DNA of 64,000 bases, taken from Planctomycetota bacterium (GTDB lineage: Bacteria > Planctomycetota > PLA2 > JAEUHO01). Position numbers and translations under genes: made by a program. A model generated the notes under the pieces. The model did not search any database and was not told where the DNA came from. It saw nothing but the letters and a program-made list of their open reading frames with translations. Shown here piece after piece: positions 1 through 9,942 of the stretch (position 1 is its first letter; every line of letters starts with the position of its first letter). Location of the stretch: the NCBI GenBank assembly GCA_050248855.1, contig JBFWRP010000017.1, positions 26,025-90,024 on the forward strand, in the 5' to 3' direction.

Positions 1-1
1 G

Positions 2-373
2 GTGATCGCCTTCCTCGTCGCCCAGGCCCAGGCGGCCCGGGCCCTGGGCATCCGCCGGGTCTGGTTGGATCCCGGGCTGGGGTTCGGCAAGACGACCCGT
101 CACAACCTGCAGCTCCTGGCGGGCCTCGAGCGGCTGGTCGCCGAGGGGCCGGTGCTGCTGGGTGCGTCGCGCAAGCGGTTCCTGGGCGAGCTCACCGACG
201 AGCCCCAGGCCGATCGGCGCCTCGCGGGCTCGCTGGCCGCCGCCGCCCGTGGCTTCGAGGCCGGCGTCGACGCCGTGCGCGTCCATGACGTCCGCGAGAC
301 GCGCCAGCTGCTCGACGTCCTCGAGGCCATTCGCAGGCACGCGGGAATCGGGGACGGTCGCGCGATCGGATAG
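2..373 (+). CDS. folP: Dihydropteroate synthase, C-terminal part (truncated by window edge)
   Basis: Motifs LDPGLGFGKT, LLGASRKRFLG, VRVHDV. Confidence 0.92.
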   Translation: MIAFLVAQAQAARALGIRRVWLDPGLGFGKTTRHNLQLLAGLERLVAEGPVLLGASRKRFLGELTDEPQADRRLAGSLAAAARGFEAGVDAVRVHDVRETRQLLDVLEAIRRHAGIGDGRAIG

Positions 374-385
374 GATCCGGACCGC

Positions 386-1279
386 GTGAGCATGCAGGGG
401 CCCGCTCTCTCGTCGTTCGCCCTGGCCGACGCCGCCTCGAGCGCCGTCGCTTCCTCGCCGCTCGCCTTCCTGACGAGCATGGACTTCCGCGACTGGCTCC
501 AGCTGGGGCTCCTGTTCGTCGTCCTCTACCTGTTCCTGCGCTTCCTCCGGCGCACGATCGCCGGGGCCATCTTCCGCGGTCCGGCAATGCTCTCCTGGAT
601 CGTGATCCTGGGCGTGTTCCTGCTGCTGCAGCAGCTGGGCTTGGACGTGCTCAACGAGATCTTCCGCGGTGCGTTCCCGATCCTGATCCTGGCCCTCGTC
701 GTGACCTTCCAGATCGAGCTGCGCCACGGCATCGCGCGGTTGGGCCGTCGGGGTCTGTTGCGTCGCTTCCTCGACCGCGAGGCACCGGAAGCCCCCGAGA
801 TCCGCGTGGTCGACGAGATCATCCGGGCCGTCACCGACTTCGCCCGCAAGCGCGTCGGCGCGCTCATCGCCATCGAGCGCAACATCGACCTGGGCACCTA
901 CATCGACACGGGCGTGCCGATGGACTCGCTGATCCGGGCCGAGACCCTCGACACGATCTTCAACACCGACACGGTGCTGCACGACGGCGCCGTGATCGTG
1001 CGCGGGGACCGCATCGCGGCGGCGGGGTGCATCCTGCCGCTCACCGAGCGACCGCAGCTGGCCCGCACGTACGGCACGCGGCACCGGGCCGCGATCGGCC
1101 TCAGCGAGCAGAGCGATGCCGTCATCCTGGTCGTGTCGGAAGAGCGTGGGCAGATCCACCTCGTCGAGCGCGGCGAGATGACGCCCCACGCCGACGCCAA
1201 GTGGCTGCGCGGCGTGCTCAACGTGGTCTTCGCCGAGAAGCACGGCGTCGCCCCCCGCACCCAGGACGCCGCGGCGTGA
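386..1279 (+). CDS. cdaA: Membrane diadenylate cyclase (CdaA/DacA, DisA_N domain)
   Basis: Three N-terminal hydrophobic helices; GALIAIER, LHDGA (DGA) and GTRHRAA (RHR) catalytic motifs, VSEERG. Confidence 0.93.
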   Translation: MSMQGPALSSFALADAASSAVASSPLAFLTSMDFRDWLQLGLLFVVLYLFLRFLRRTIAGAIFRGPAMLSWIVILGVFLLLQQLGLDVLNEIFRGAFPILILALVVTFQIELRHGIARLGRRGLLRRFLDREAPEAPEIRVVDEIIRAVTDFARKRVGALIAIERNIDLGTYIDTGVPMDSLIRAETLDTIFNTDTVLHDGAVIVRGDRIAAAGCILPLTERPQLARTYGTRHRAAIGLSEQSDAVILVVSEERGQIHLVERGEMTPHADAKWLRGVLNVVFAEKHGVAPRTQDAAA

Positions 1280-2502
1280 GCGACCCCGTCGCCCCCCCCA
1301 GCGCCTCCTCCGGCCTCGCCGGCGGCGGGGGCATCTCGTGGCGGCTGCTGCTCAAGCGCGAGTGGGGCCTGCTCGTGCTCGCGCTGGCGCTCAGCCTCAT
1401 GGTGTTCTCGCTCGTCCGCTCGGACATCGACCGCGAGCAGGTGCTGGCCGACATCCCGATCACGGCCCACGCCGCCCAGCCCGACATCCAAGTCCGCTTC
1501 GCGCCCGGCGAGGACCGCATCCAGCTCACGCTGATGTGCTCGCAGATGGACTACCGCGAGGCGGAACGCTCCGTGATCGGTCCGGAGGGCACGCCGGTGC
1601 GCGTGATCCTCGGCGATGTACCGGCCGCGACGCGCCCACTCGGTACGCGCGACCGGCTGGAGCTGCCCTTCTCGCCCTCGTTCGTGAAGCCGGGCAGCAT
1701 CCAGACGGCCCTCGCCGGCCTGAAGGGCTGGGCCTACGTGACCGAGCCGCGCACCATCCGCTACCTGGAACCCGCCACGATCCCCAGCGCCGAGGAGCTC
1801 CTCGCCACGTACGGCGTCGAATGCACGCTCACGTACACCCAGTCCGCAGAACGGATCGAAGGCGTGATCTTCCCGCGCGGCATGGAGCCCAAGGACGAGG
1901 AAGCCAACCGGGCCGCCATCCGTCCGGACCCCGTGGACCTCACGCCCTACCTGCCGAGCGCTCCCGTGGCGGACGGCCTGGAGATCGAGATCGGCACGCC
2001 CGTCCGTTTCCGGGAGTGGCGCACGCGCGGCGAGAAGGAGCATCCCGACCGGGTCTGGCGCGAGTCCATGGAGCTCCCCGAGCGCAAGCTCAAGGCGCAG
2101 TTCAAGGTCGTGGACAAGAGCTGGCGCAAGGCGGCCGTGGAGAACGTGGTCGTCCTGCTGGTGCGGGATCCGCACCAGTTCGAGATGCAGGTGCGTGACC
2201 GCGACCGCCTGGGCATGAGCGACCTGATGGACCGGGTCGGCGGCGTGCTGGAGGCCACGCGTCCGGTGCACGAAGCCCTGCGCGCCGCCGGCGAGCGCAA
2301 CCTCGTGGCGGACTCCCTGGCCGGCTGGGTCTGGGGCATCGAGATCAAGTCCGGGGAGCTCCCGACGGAAGCAGGCCAACGTGCGGAGCTCACGGGCCGC
2401 ATCGTCTTCGTGCCCCTCGGCCCGGCGTTCGCGGGTTCCGCCGTGCGCTTCGTGCCCGAGGCCCTGCAGAGCGAGTTCCCGCTCACGCTCGAGCGGAAGT
2501 AG
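1276..2502 (+). CDS. Single-TM membrane-anchored protein in the CdaR/YbbR position
   Basis: GTG start overlaps cdaA stop (GTGA); N-terminal TM (WGLLVLALALSLMVFSLV) followed by a large soluble region; assignment is positional. Confidence 0.55.
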   Translation: MSDPVAPPSASSGLAGGGGISWRLLLKREWGLLVLALALSLMVFSLVRSDIDREQVLADIPITAHAAQPDIQVRFAPGEDRIQLTLMCSQMDYREAERSVIGPEGTPVRVILGDVPAATRPLGTRDRLELPFSPSFVKPGSIQTALAGLKGWAYVTEPRTIRYLEPATIPSAEELLATYGVECTLTYTQSAERIEGVIFPRGMEPKDEEANRAAIRPDPVDLTPYLPSAPVADGLEIEIGTPVRFREWRTRGEKEHPDRVWRESMELPERKLKAQFKVVDKSWRKAAVENVVVLLVRDPHQFEMQVRDRDRLGMSDLMDRVGGVLEATRPVHEALRAAGERNLVADSLAGWVWGIEIKSGELPTEAGQRAELTGRIVFVPLGPAFAGSAVRFVPEALQSEFPLTLERK

Positions 2503-3850
2503 ACGCGATCGCGGCCAGGCGTTCGACGGCTTCGTCCACGAGCCTCGCATCGCGGCCCTCGGCCATGATGCGCAGCAGGGGCTCGGTACCGCTGTAGCGC
2601 ACCACGAAGCGCAGGCCCCCCGCCGCCTTGGCCTCGAGGGCGGCCTGCTCGTCGCGCAGCGCCGCCCAGCCATCGAGCGGGATGCGCTCCTGCATGCGCA
2701 CGTTGACCAGACGCTGCGGGTGACGGGGCCGATCGGCGCGCCATGCCGACAGCGGACGACCCAGGCGGCGCGCCGCCTGGAGCACGCGGACGCCCGCAGC
2801 GACCGCATCGCCGATCAGCGGCGGCGGCGCGCCCAGGTCGGAGCGCGCCAAGACGACGTGGCCGGAGGGCTCCCCGCCCAGCGCCGCGCCGCGCTCGCGC
2901 ATGCGGTCGGCCACGTGCCGGTCCCCGACCGCCGCCCGCACCAGCTCCACGCCATCGCGCGCCAGCACGTCCTGCAGGCCGAGGTTGCTCATGACGGTGC
3001 CCACGACGCAGCCGCCGGGCACGGCCCCGTCGAAGGCCACGTGCTCGCGAGCCAGGATCGACAGCAGGTCGTCACCGTCGAGCAGCTCCCCGGTCTCGTC
3101 GGCAAGGAGCACGCGGTCGGCATCCCCGTCCAGCGCCATGCCGACCCAGCCCGGTCGCCCGCGGACGGCCTCGAGCCATGCCTCGGGGTGCTCGGAGCCG
3201 CAGGCGTCGTTGATCGGGCGCGAGCCCGCCGGGTGCAGCGTGACGACCACGGCGCCCAAGGCCTCGAGGAGCGCCGAGGCGGTTGGCGTCGCTGCGCCCG
3301 CGGCCAGGTCGACCACGACACGCGTACCGGTCAAGGCCCCATGGGGCGCGAGCCACGCGGTCGTCTCCGTGACGTAGCGCTCGACCCAGGCCGGGGCGGA
3401 TTCGACGTGGACCTGGACCTTCGCCGCGGTGGGGGGAGCCTTGTCCACCAGGTGTTCGACGGCGGCCTCTTCGTCGGGCGTCATCTTGCGCCCGCCGGGC
3501 AGGAACGGCTTGATGCCGTTGTAGGCGGGTGGGTTGTGCGACGCGCTGAGCATCAGGCCGAGGTCGTGCTCGTTGCGGGCCAGCGCAAAGGCCAGGGCCG
3601 GCGTCGGAAGCAACCCCGCGTCCTCCAGCATCACGCCCTCGGCCGCCAAGCCCGTGGCGAGGCCGGAGAGCAAGGCGGGTCCGCTCGGCCGCGGATCGCG
3701 GCCGAACAGCACGCGGGGGGCACGCCCCTGCACACGCGCGGCCAGGAACCGCCCCAACGCATGACCGATTCGCGACAGCGACTCGGCGGACAGGCGCCCC
3801 TCGCCTGCCACGTCGCGGATGCCGTCGGTGCCGAACCACGACGTGCCCAA
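2483..3850 (-). CDS. glmM: Phosphoglucosamine mutase
   Basis: FGTDGIR, SASHNP phosphoserine loop, DGDADR metal loop, GGEPSGH, RYSGTEPLLRIMAEG; TTG start with AGGAGG upstream. Confidence 0.93.
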   Translation of the reverse strand: MGTSWFGTDGIRDVAGEGRLSAESLSRIGHALGRFLAARVQGRAPRVLFGRDPRPSGPALLSGLATGLAAEGVMLEDAGLLPTPALAFALARNEHDLGLMLSASHNPPAYNGIKPFLPGGRKMTPDEEAAVEHLVDKAPPTAAKVQVHVESAPAWVERYVTETTAWLAPHGALTGTRVVVDLAAGAATPTASALLEALGAVVVTLHPAGSRPINDACGSEHPEAWLEAVRGRPGWVGMALDGDADRVLLADETGELLDGDDLLSILAREHVAFDGAVPGGCVVGTVMSNLGLQDVLARDGVELVRAAVGDRHVADRMRERGAALGGEPSGHVVLARSDLGAPPPLIGDAVAAGVRVLQAARRLGRPLSAWRADRPRHPQRLVNVRMQERIPLDGWAALRDEQAALEAKAAGGLRFVVRYSGTEPLLRIMAEGRDARLVDEAVERLAAIASTSARA

Positions 3851-3940
3851 GGAAGCGCTCCTCCTGCGACGGGCGCTCGCGGCCCCTTCGCGTGCGGAAT
3901 GGACCCGGCGGCGGGATGCCGGGAGAGTAGGGCGGAGCCG

Positions 3941-4648
3941 ATGCCCGCGCGCCCCTTCCCCGACCCCATCGACCCCACGCTCGTCGTGGCCACCAGCGGC
4001 GATGCCGCGCGCCTCGGGCTGGCGCTGCCCGGAGGAGCGTGGAGCGAGAGCGAGGCCCTCGCCTCGGGCGCACGAGGCCGCGACGTGGTGCCCGCGGCCC
4101 AGGCGCTGCTGGCAGCCCAGGCCCTCGCCCCGCGGGCGCTCGGCACCGTGCTGGTGGACGTCGGGCCGGGCTCGTTCACGGGCGTGCGACTGGGCGTCAC
4201 GCTGGCGAAGACGCTGGCGTTCGCCACGGGCGCGCGCCTGCTGGCCGTCACCAGCCTCGAGGCCCTGGCGGCCGCCGCCCCGTCCGACGCCCCCGTCCTG
4301 GCCCTGGTCGAGGCCGGGCGCGGCACGTGGTACGGGGCGCGCTTCGAGCCGGTCGATGCTGACGGTCGCCGGGCCGTGGCCGTCGCGGCTGACCGCCGGC
4401 CGTCCGACGCGTGGCAGCGCGACGCCGTCGACGCCCTTTGGATCGGCGAGCGGCTGGAGCGCTTCCCCGCCGCATCCGACCCGGAGGCCTGGGGCGCGCG
4501 CGCGGTGCGGTCGCACGTCCTCGGTCCCCGCGACGTGCTTCTCGCCTGCGTGGACCTGGCCACGGCACCCGGACGGGCAGCACATGGCCTCGAGCCCTGC
4601 TACCTCCAACCCAGCGCCCCCGAGCGCGCCCGCCGAGGCGAACCGTGA
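3941..4648 (+). CDS. tsaB: tRNA threonylcarbamoyladenosine biosynthesis protein TsaB
   Basis: VDVGPGSFTGVRLGVTLAKTLA, VTSLEALA, C-terminal EPCY. Confidence 0.88.
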   Translation: MPARPFPDPIDPTLVVATSGDAARLGLALPGGAWSESEALASGARGRDVVPAAQALLAAQALAPRALGTVLVDVGPGSFTGVRLGVTLAKTLAFATGARLLAVTSLEALAAAAPSDAPVLALVEAGRGTWYGARFEPVDADGRRAVAVAADRRPSDAWQRDAVDALWIGERLERFPAASDPEAWGARAVRSHVLGPRDVLLACVDLATAPGRAAHGLEPCYLQPSAPERARRGEP

Positions 4649-4673
4649 TGCGGCGCCCCTTGGACCGTCCACC

Positions 4674-5831
4674 GTGCTGAACGCACGCACGTGGACGGAG
4701 GTGGACCTGCCGGCGCTCGGACGCAACCTGCGCGTCGTACGCGCGGCCTGCGGCCCCGGCGTGGCCGTCATGCCCGTGGTGAAGGCGGACGCCTACGGCC
4801 ATGGAGCCGTGCCCGTCGCCTGGCACCTCGTGCGCGAAGGCATCGCGATGCTCGGTGTCGGCGACAGCACGGAGGCCCTCGAGCTGCGCGCCGCAGGGAT
4901 CACGGCTCCCATCCTGGTGCTCGGCGCCGTGGTCGATGGCGAGCTGCCCGACGTGCTGCGGGGTGGGATCGACCTCACGATCCACTCGGGGGATCGCGTG
5001 CGTCGGCTCCGCGAGACGGTGCGCGCCACGCGGCGGCCCGTGCGCGTGCACCTCAAGGTGGACACCGGCATGGGCCGGCTCGGCTGCCACCCCGAGCGCG
5101 CCGTCGAGATCGCGCGCGAGGTCGTGGGCCACGAGGGTCTTGCGCTGGCCGGCGTGGCCACGCACCTCGCCAGCGTGGGCCCCGACGGCGGCGCCGCCGC
5201 GGCGTCCCAGCTCGCGCGCTTCCGCCAGGTGCTCGACGAGCTGGAGCAGGCCGGCATCCGGCCGCCCTGGCGCCACGCGCATGCAAGTGCCGGCATCCTG
5301 GCCGCGCTCACGCGCGAGGTGAACCTCGTGCGCCCCGGCATCGCGCTCTACGGCATCCCTCCGCATCCGGGCGCCCCGAACGGCCTGGAGCGGGTCCTCG
5401 CATGGCGGACCCAGATCGTCTTCCTGAAGGACCATCGGGAGGGTGCGGCCATCGGCTACGAGGGCACGTGGACGGCATCGCGGCGCTGTCGCATCGCCAC
5501 CCTGCCCGTCGGCTACAACGACGGTTTCCGCTTCACCCTGGGCAATCAAGCCGAGGTCCTGGTGCGTGGACGACGCTGCCCCGTGGTGGGTCGCGTCTCG
5601 ATGGACTACGTCTGCATCGACGTCACCGACGTCCCCGGCGCCGCCGTGGACGACGTCGTCACGCTGGTCGGGCGAGATGGCGACGAGGAGGTCACCGTGG
5701 AGGAGATGGCCCGGCTGGCCGGCACCATTCCCCACGACGTGCTCTGCGGCATCGGCCGCCGGGTCCGGCGCATCTACCGCGGCGAGGGGCCGCCTGCGCC
5801 GACCGCGCCCGGGACGACGAGTCCCCGGTGA
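4674..5831 (+). CDS. alr: Alanine racemase
   Basis: VVKADAYGHG (PLP lysine), HLKVDTGMGRLG, PVGYNDG, GRVSMD; start approximate. Confidence 0.95.
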   Translation: MLNARTWTEVDLPALGRNLRVVRAACGPGVAVMPVVKADAYGHGAVPVAWHLVREGIAMLGVGDSTEALELRAAGITAPILVLGAVVDGELPDVLRGGIDLTIHSGDRVRRLRETVRATRRPVRVHLKVDTGMGRLGCHPERAVEIAREVVGHEGLALAGVATHLASVGPDGGAAAASQLARFRQVLDELEQAGIRPPWRHAHASAGILAALTREVNLVRPGIALYGIPPHPGAPNGLERVLAWRTQIVFLKDHREGAAIGYEGTWTASRRCRIATLPVGYNDGFRFTLGNQAEVLVRGRRCPVVGRVSMDYVCIDVTDVPGAAVDDVVTLVGRDGDEEVTVEEMARLAGTIPHDVLCGIGRRVRRIYRGEGPPAPTAPGTTSPR

Positions 5832-8800
5832 GGATCCGCCTCCTGGGGGCCGTCCTGCTCGCGGCGGGCGCCGTGGCCGGTGCGCGTGCGTTCGAGCGAC
5901 GTCCGCGACTGGCCCCACGCCTCGGCGAGGCGCTGCGCAGCGCGGCCCTCGAGAAGCGCTTCGGCCCCGACGTGAGCGTCGGCTCGCTCGTGGTCGAGCC
6001 GCGCGGCGTCGTCACGCTGGAGGACGTGCGCGTGCCCCGCCTGGGCGCGCTCGAAGCGGGCGCCACGCTCGACGTGGCGCTCGCGGAGGGCCTTGAGCTG
6101 GGGCGGGTCGTCCTCCAGCTGGACGCGCTGGAGCTCCTGGCCGGGCGCATCGTCACGCGACGCATCGACGTGACGGGGGGGCGCTTCCCCCTGCGCGAGG
6201 ACGACGGCAGCGTATCGCCCGACTTCCGCGTCGTGCCCCCGGACCCCGACGACGACCCCACGCCCGTGCCCGTGGTGCAGGTGCGCGGCGCCCGCGTGGA
6301 GCTGCGCCGCGGGGGACCCGCCTCGCACCTGGCTGCAGGTGCGCTGTTCGAGGCGTCGGTCGACTGGCTCGACGTGACGCCGCGTACGTCGGACCGCCAC
6401 CTGATCGTGACGGGGCGGTTGGAGCCGATCCTGGCCGATGCGCCCGACGCGGCCATCTACCTCGAAGGCGACGTGGACCCCGATACGGGGGGCTTCACGG
6501 CGACGGCCCGCTGGGACCCGCTGCGCCTGACCCCGTCGCTGCTGGCCCTGCTCGAGCCCGAGACCGCCAAGCCGCTGCGCCAGGAATCCATCCAGGAGGG
6601 CAGCCTCGTATTGACGCTCGAGCGCGGCGATGCCAAGGACGACCCCGTCCGCGTGCGGGCCGCGTGGACCGGAGCGGTCGACGTGTCCGCGGAGGACTTG
6701 CCCGGCACCGTCTACTTCGACGCGCGCTCGCGCCAGCAGCTGGCCGACCTGTTCGGCCGCGGCGTGCTCAAGATCGACGTCGAGGGCGGGCGCGTCGGCA
6801 TCGACCGCCTCTTCAGCGAGCTGGGCGGGGGCGAGGTCTCGGCGACGGGCTGGCTCGAGCACGAGACCGGCGCCCTGGAGCTTGACTTCCACATCCGCCG
6901 CTTGGCGTTGGACGACCCCGCGGTCCGCGAGGCGCTCGGCGAGGAAGGCCGTGCGCTCTACGACCAGTTCGCCCCGCGCGGCTACGTGGACGCCGCCGGT
7001 CGCGTCACGCGAGCACCAGGCGGCGAGGTCGACTGGTACGTGGACGTGCTGCTGGAGGCGGCGTCGTTCCAGTTCTTCGGCGAGGAGGAGCCCGGTGGCA
7101 TCCGCGACGGCTTCCCCTACCCCATCCACGACGCCACGGGGCGCGTACGCATCACGCCGCGAGGTGTCTTCTTCGGCGAGATCATCGGCTTCAACCGCGG
7201 CACGGAGGTGCGCATCCTCGGCCACGGGGACCGCACGTGGACGGACGGACCGGACGGGACGGAGACGGGGCGCGTGCTGTTCGGCGCGGGCGGTCCCGAC
7301 GTGCGGCTCACGATCGTCGTCGAGAACATGTCGATGGACGAACAGGTCGGGCAGGCCATCGCGGGCAGCACGTTTGCCGACCTCATGGAGGACTTCGACC
7401 TGACCGGCGTGCTCGACCGCGTCGAGCTGGACATCCTCGCCTACCCCGGCATCGACACGTCGGCCAAGACCGAGCTGCGGCTGACGCTCGAGGGCGAGCA
7501 GTTCCGCTACCGTCCCTTCCCACTGCCGCTCGAGGACGTACGCGGCCAGGTCCTGATGCGCCGACCCCTGCAGGACGATGGCTCGCGCGGCCGGACCTAC
7601 GCGTTCGACGTCGAAGGCTGGGCCGATGGCGCCCGTGTGTCCGCGTCCGCGACCATCGACGACGTCGCGCGAACGGGGCGGTTGCACATTCGCGCGCAGG
7701 ACATCGCGCTGGAGGGCCGCATCGGCGAAGTCGTGGTGGCCAGCGAGCTGACCGGCGACGAGCTGGGACCGGTCTGGCGCTGGCTGGCGCCGCAGGGACG
7801 GGCCGACCTCGTCGCCGACCTGCCGCTCTCCCACGACCCCGGCCCCGCGCGCTTCGTGGCCACGCTGAAGGGGGCGCGCCTCGCGCTGGATGCCGCGGAG
7901 AGCCCGGCGCCCATCGTGCTGGAGGGTGTGGAGGGCCAGCTCGAGGTCGACGCAGGACACGTCACGTTCGAGGGTTTGCGCGGAACGCTCGCGGGTCGCC
8001 CCGTCACCGTGTCCGGCACGATGGAAGGCGGGCCGCGTGGAACATGGAGCATCCGCGCGCGTGCGCCGGAGGTGGTCGTCGACGACCGCCTGCTCCTTGG
8101 TGTGCGCGACTTGATGGATGGCGAGAGCTTGCTGCCCGGGGAGCTCGAGCTGGCGCCCGGGACGCGGCTTGCGCTCGACCTCGACCTGGACCGCCGAGAC
8201 GGCGGACCGCTCGTGGCGAGCGCGGAGGTGCGCGACATCCACGGCCAGGTCGTGTTGCCGGACGGCACGCGGGCCGACGTGCGTGCCAAGCGTGTCACGG
8301 TGCGGCCGGAGGGCATCACCAGCGAAGACATGAGCGTGCGACGGGACGGCCTGTCCATCGACGTGAGCGACGTGAAGGCGTCGACGCGCGCAGGCCAGGA
8401 CATGGAGATCGAGGGGCGCTTCACGTTGCACCTGGAACGCCACCGCCCCGCCGCCGACGAGCTGGCCTTGCTGCCCGAGGGCGTTCGCACCTTCCTCGCG
8501 GACTGGGCCGGCGATCGCCGTCTCTCCAGCCAGGGGCTGCTCGTGGAACCGCGCGCCGAGGGCGGTGTGCGTCTGGAGGGGGCGCTCGAGTTCCATCCGC
8601 CCCCGGGGCCCGCGACGAGCGGACCCGTCGGCCGCCTCGTGCTGGCGCCCCTCGTCGTGGACGCTCCCGAGATCGGGCCCACGACGCTCTCCGGTCTCGT
8701 GCGCTTCGAGGACTTCACCCCCGATGCCCTCGGCCCCGTCACGAGCTTGGTGGGGCCCGTGCACGTGGAGGCGTTCGAGCTGGGCGAAGACGGTCGCGGG

Positions 8801-9523
8801 CAGGGGCGCCTCGAGGGCCTCGCGCTGCGCATCGGCGGACTGCCCGTATCCGACTTGCAGGCCAGCGTGTTCGTCCGCGATCGCGTGCTGGTCACGGACG
8901 ATCTCGCGGCGACGGTGGCGGGGGGGCGCCTCGCGGCGCGTTGGCGCCTGCACCTCGGCCGGCCCGCGGCGCACGAGGGCCGTGCGGAGCTCTCCGACGG
9001 GGACCTCGGCGAGCTCTTGCGCGCCCTCGGCGTGGACGACGTGCGCTACCGCGGACGGCTGAACCTGGTCGTCGAGTGGGCCACCCCCACCGGGCGCATG
9101 GACGACCTCGTGGCGGTCGGCGCGCTGCGCGTGCGCGACGGCTGGCTGGGCGAGATGCCCTCCGTGCGCTCGTGGTCGTCGTTGCTCGGCAGCCTGGGCA
9201 GCGACACGCCGGGGGAGCCGTTCCGCGAGGGCTACGCGTCGTTCCGCATCGCCGAGCGCCGCGTCGTGCTGCCCGACGTGCGCTTGGCGGGGCGTGGCCT
9301 GCTCCTGCCCGGGCGGGGCATGCTCACGCTCGACGGGTTCGTGGACCTGGTGTTCACCGCCGACGTGCTGAAGAACCTCCTGCTGCCCGGCTCGATGGAG
9401 GTAGCGGGCCTCGGGGACGCACTGCGGCGCCTGTTCCCCGAGTCGGGGCTCTACCACGTACGCCTACGCGGCAAGCTCGGCGAAGCCGAGCCCGAGGTCG
9501 TCAGCGTCTTCGGCGGCCGCTGA
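5828..9523 (+). CDS. Large AsmA-like (repeating beta-groove) envelope protein, ~1231 aa
   Basis: N-terminal hydrophobic anchor, long beta-rich amphipathic sequence, AsmA-like C-terminus (GRGMLTLDGFVDLVF...YHVRLRGKLGEAEP); GTGA overlap with alr. Confidence 0.6.
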   Translation: MRIRLLGAVLLAAGAVAGARAFERRPRLAPRLGEALRSAALEKRFGPDVSVGSLVVEPRGVVTLEDVRVPRLGALEAGATLDVALAEGLELGRVVLQLDALELLAGRIVTRRIDVTGGRFPLREDDGSVSPDFRVVPPDPDDDPTPVPVVQVRGARVELRRGGPASHLAAGALFEASVDWLDVTPRTSDRHLIVTGRLEPILADAPDAAIYLEGDVDPDTGGFTATARWDPLRLTPSLLALLEPETAKPLRQESIQEGSLVLTLERGDAKDDPVRVRAAWTGAVDVSAEDLPGTVYFDARSRQQLADLFGRGVLKIDVEGGRVGIDRLFSELGGGEVSATGWLEHETGALELDFHIRRLALDDPAVREALGEEGRALYDQFAPRGYVDAAGRVTRAPGGEVDWYVDVLLEAASFQFFGEEEPGGIRDGFPYPIHDATGRVRITPRGVFFGEIIGFNRGTEVRILGHGDRTWTDGPDGTETGRVLFGAGGPDVRLTIVVENMSMDEQVGQAIAGSTFADLMEDFDLTGVLDRVELDILAYPGIDTSAKTELRLTLEGEQFRYRPFPLPLEDVRGQVLMRRPLQDDGSRGRTYAFDVEGWADGARVSASATIDDVARTGRLHIRAQDIALEGRIGEVVVASELTGDELGPVWRWLAPQGRADLVADLPLSHDPGPARFVATLKGARLALDAAESPAPIVLEGVEGQLEVDAGHVTFEGLRGTLAGRPVTVSGTMEGGPRGTWSIRARAPEVVVDDRLLLGVRDLMDGESLLPGELELAPGTRLALDLDLDRRDGGPLVASAEVRDIHGQVVLPDGTRADVRAKRVTVRPEGITSEDMSVRRDGLSIDVSDVKASTRAGQDMEIEGRFTLHLERHRPAADELALLPEGVRTFLADWAGDRRLSSQGLLVEPRAEGGVRLEGALEFHPPPGPATSGPVGRLVLAPLVVDAPEIGPTTLSGLVRFEDFTPDALGPVTSLVGPVHVEAFELGEDGRGQGRLEGLALRIGGLPVSDLQASVFVRDRVLVTDDLAATVAGGRLAARWRLHLGRPAAHEGRAELSDGDLGELLRALGVDDVRYRGRLNLVVEWATPTGRMDDLVAVGALRVRDGWLGEMPSVRSWSSLLGSLGSDTPGEPFREGYASFRIAERRVVLPDVRLAGRGLLLPGRGMLTLDGFVDLVFTADVLKNLLLPGSMEVAGLGDALRRLFPESGLYHVRLRGKLGEAEPEVVSVFGGR

Positions 9524-9537
9524 CAGGGCTGCAGGCG

Positions 9538-9942
9538 TCACTCCGCGTCGGCGGAGGTCATCTCACGGCGGAACGCGGCCACGGCGGCGCCGACGGCCGC
9601 CAGGCAGCGGCGGAACACGGGGCGGAACCCCTCGGGCGGCGAGACGAACATCTCGACGGAGGCCCAGGTGTCCTCGCGCACGGGGAACACCTTGGCGACC
9701 TTCGTGTCGGCCGTGGCCTTGAGTGCCGCGCGCTCCACGCGCTCGCGCTCGTCGTCGCTCTCGATGGACCAGAAGTTGGGGAACACGAGGCGGAAGAACT
9801 CGGGGTCGCGCTCGTCGATCTGCAGGAACCAGGTGCCGCCCTCGTACTTGAAGACGACGTCGCCGTCTTTGTCGATCTGCGGGGCATAGCCCTCCTCCAC
9901 GAGGTGGAGGAAGTAGAGGTCTGCCTGTTCCTCTTTGGTCAC
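9538..9942 (-). CDS. YbjN-like (type III secretion chaperone-like fold) protein
   Basis: EEGYAPQIDKDGDVVFKYEG...FFRLVFPNFW...TKVAK pattern; strong coding-type codon use. Confidence 0.55.
   Translation of the reverse strand: MTKEEQADLYFLHLVEEGYAPQIDKDGDVVFKYEGGTWFLQIDERDPEFFRLVFPNFWSIESDDERERVERAALKATADTKVAKVFPVREDTWASVEMFVSPPEGFRPVFRRCLAAVGAAVAAFRREMTSADAE

Noticed and set aside
5774..9457. 1227-aa minus-strand ORF
   Set aside because: Antisense shadow of the AsmA-like gene; no motifs
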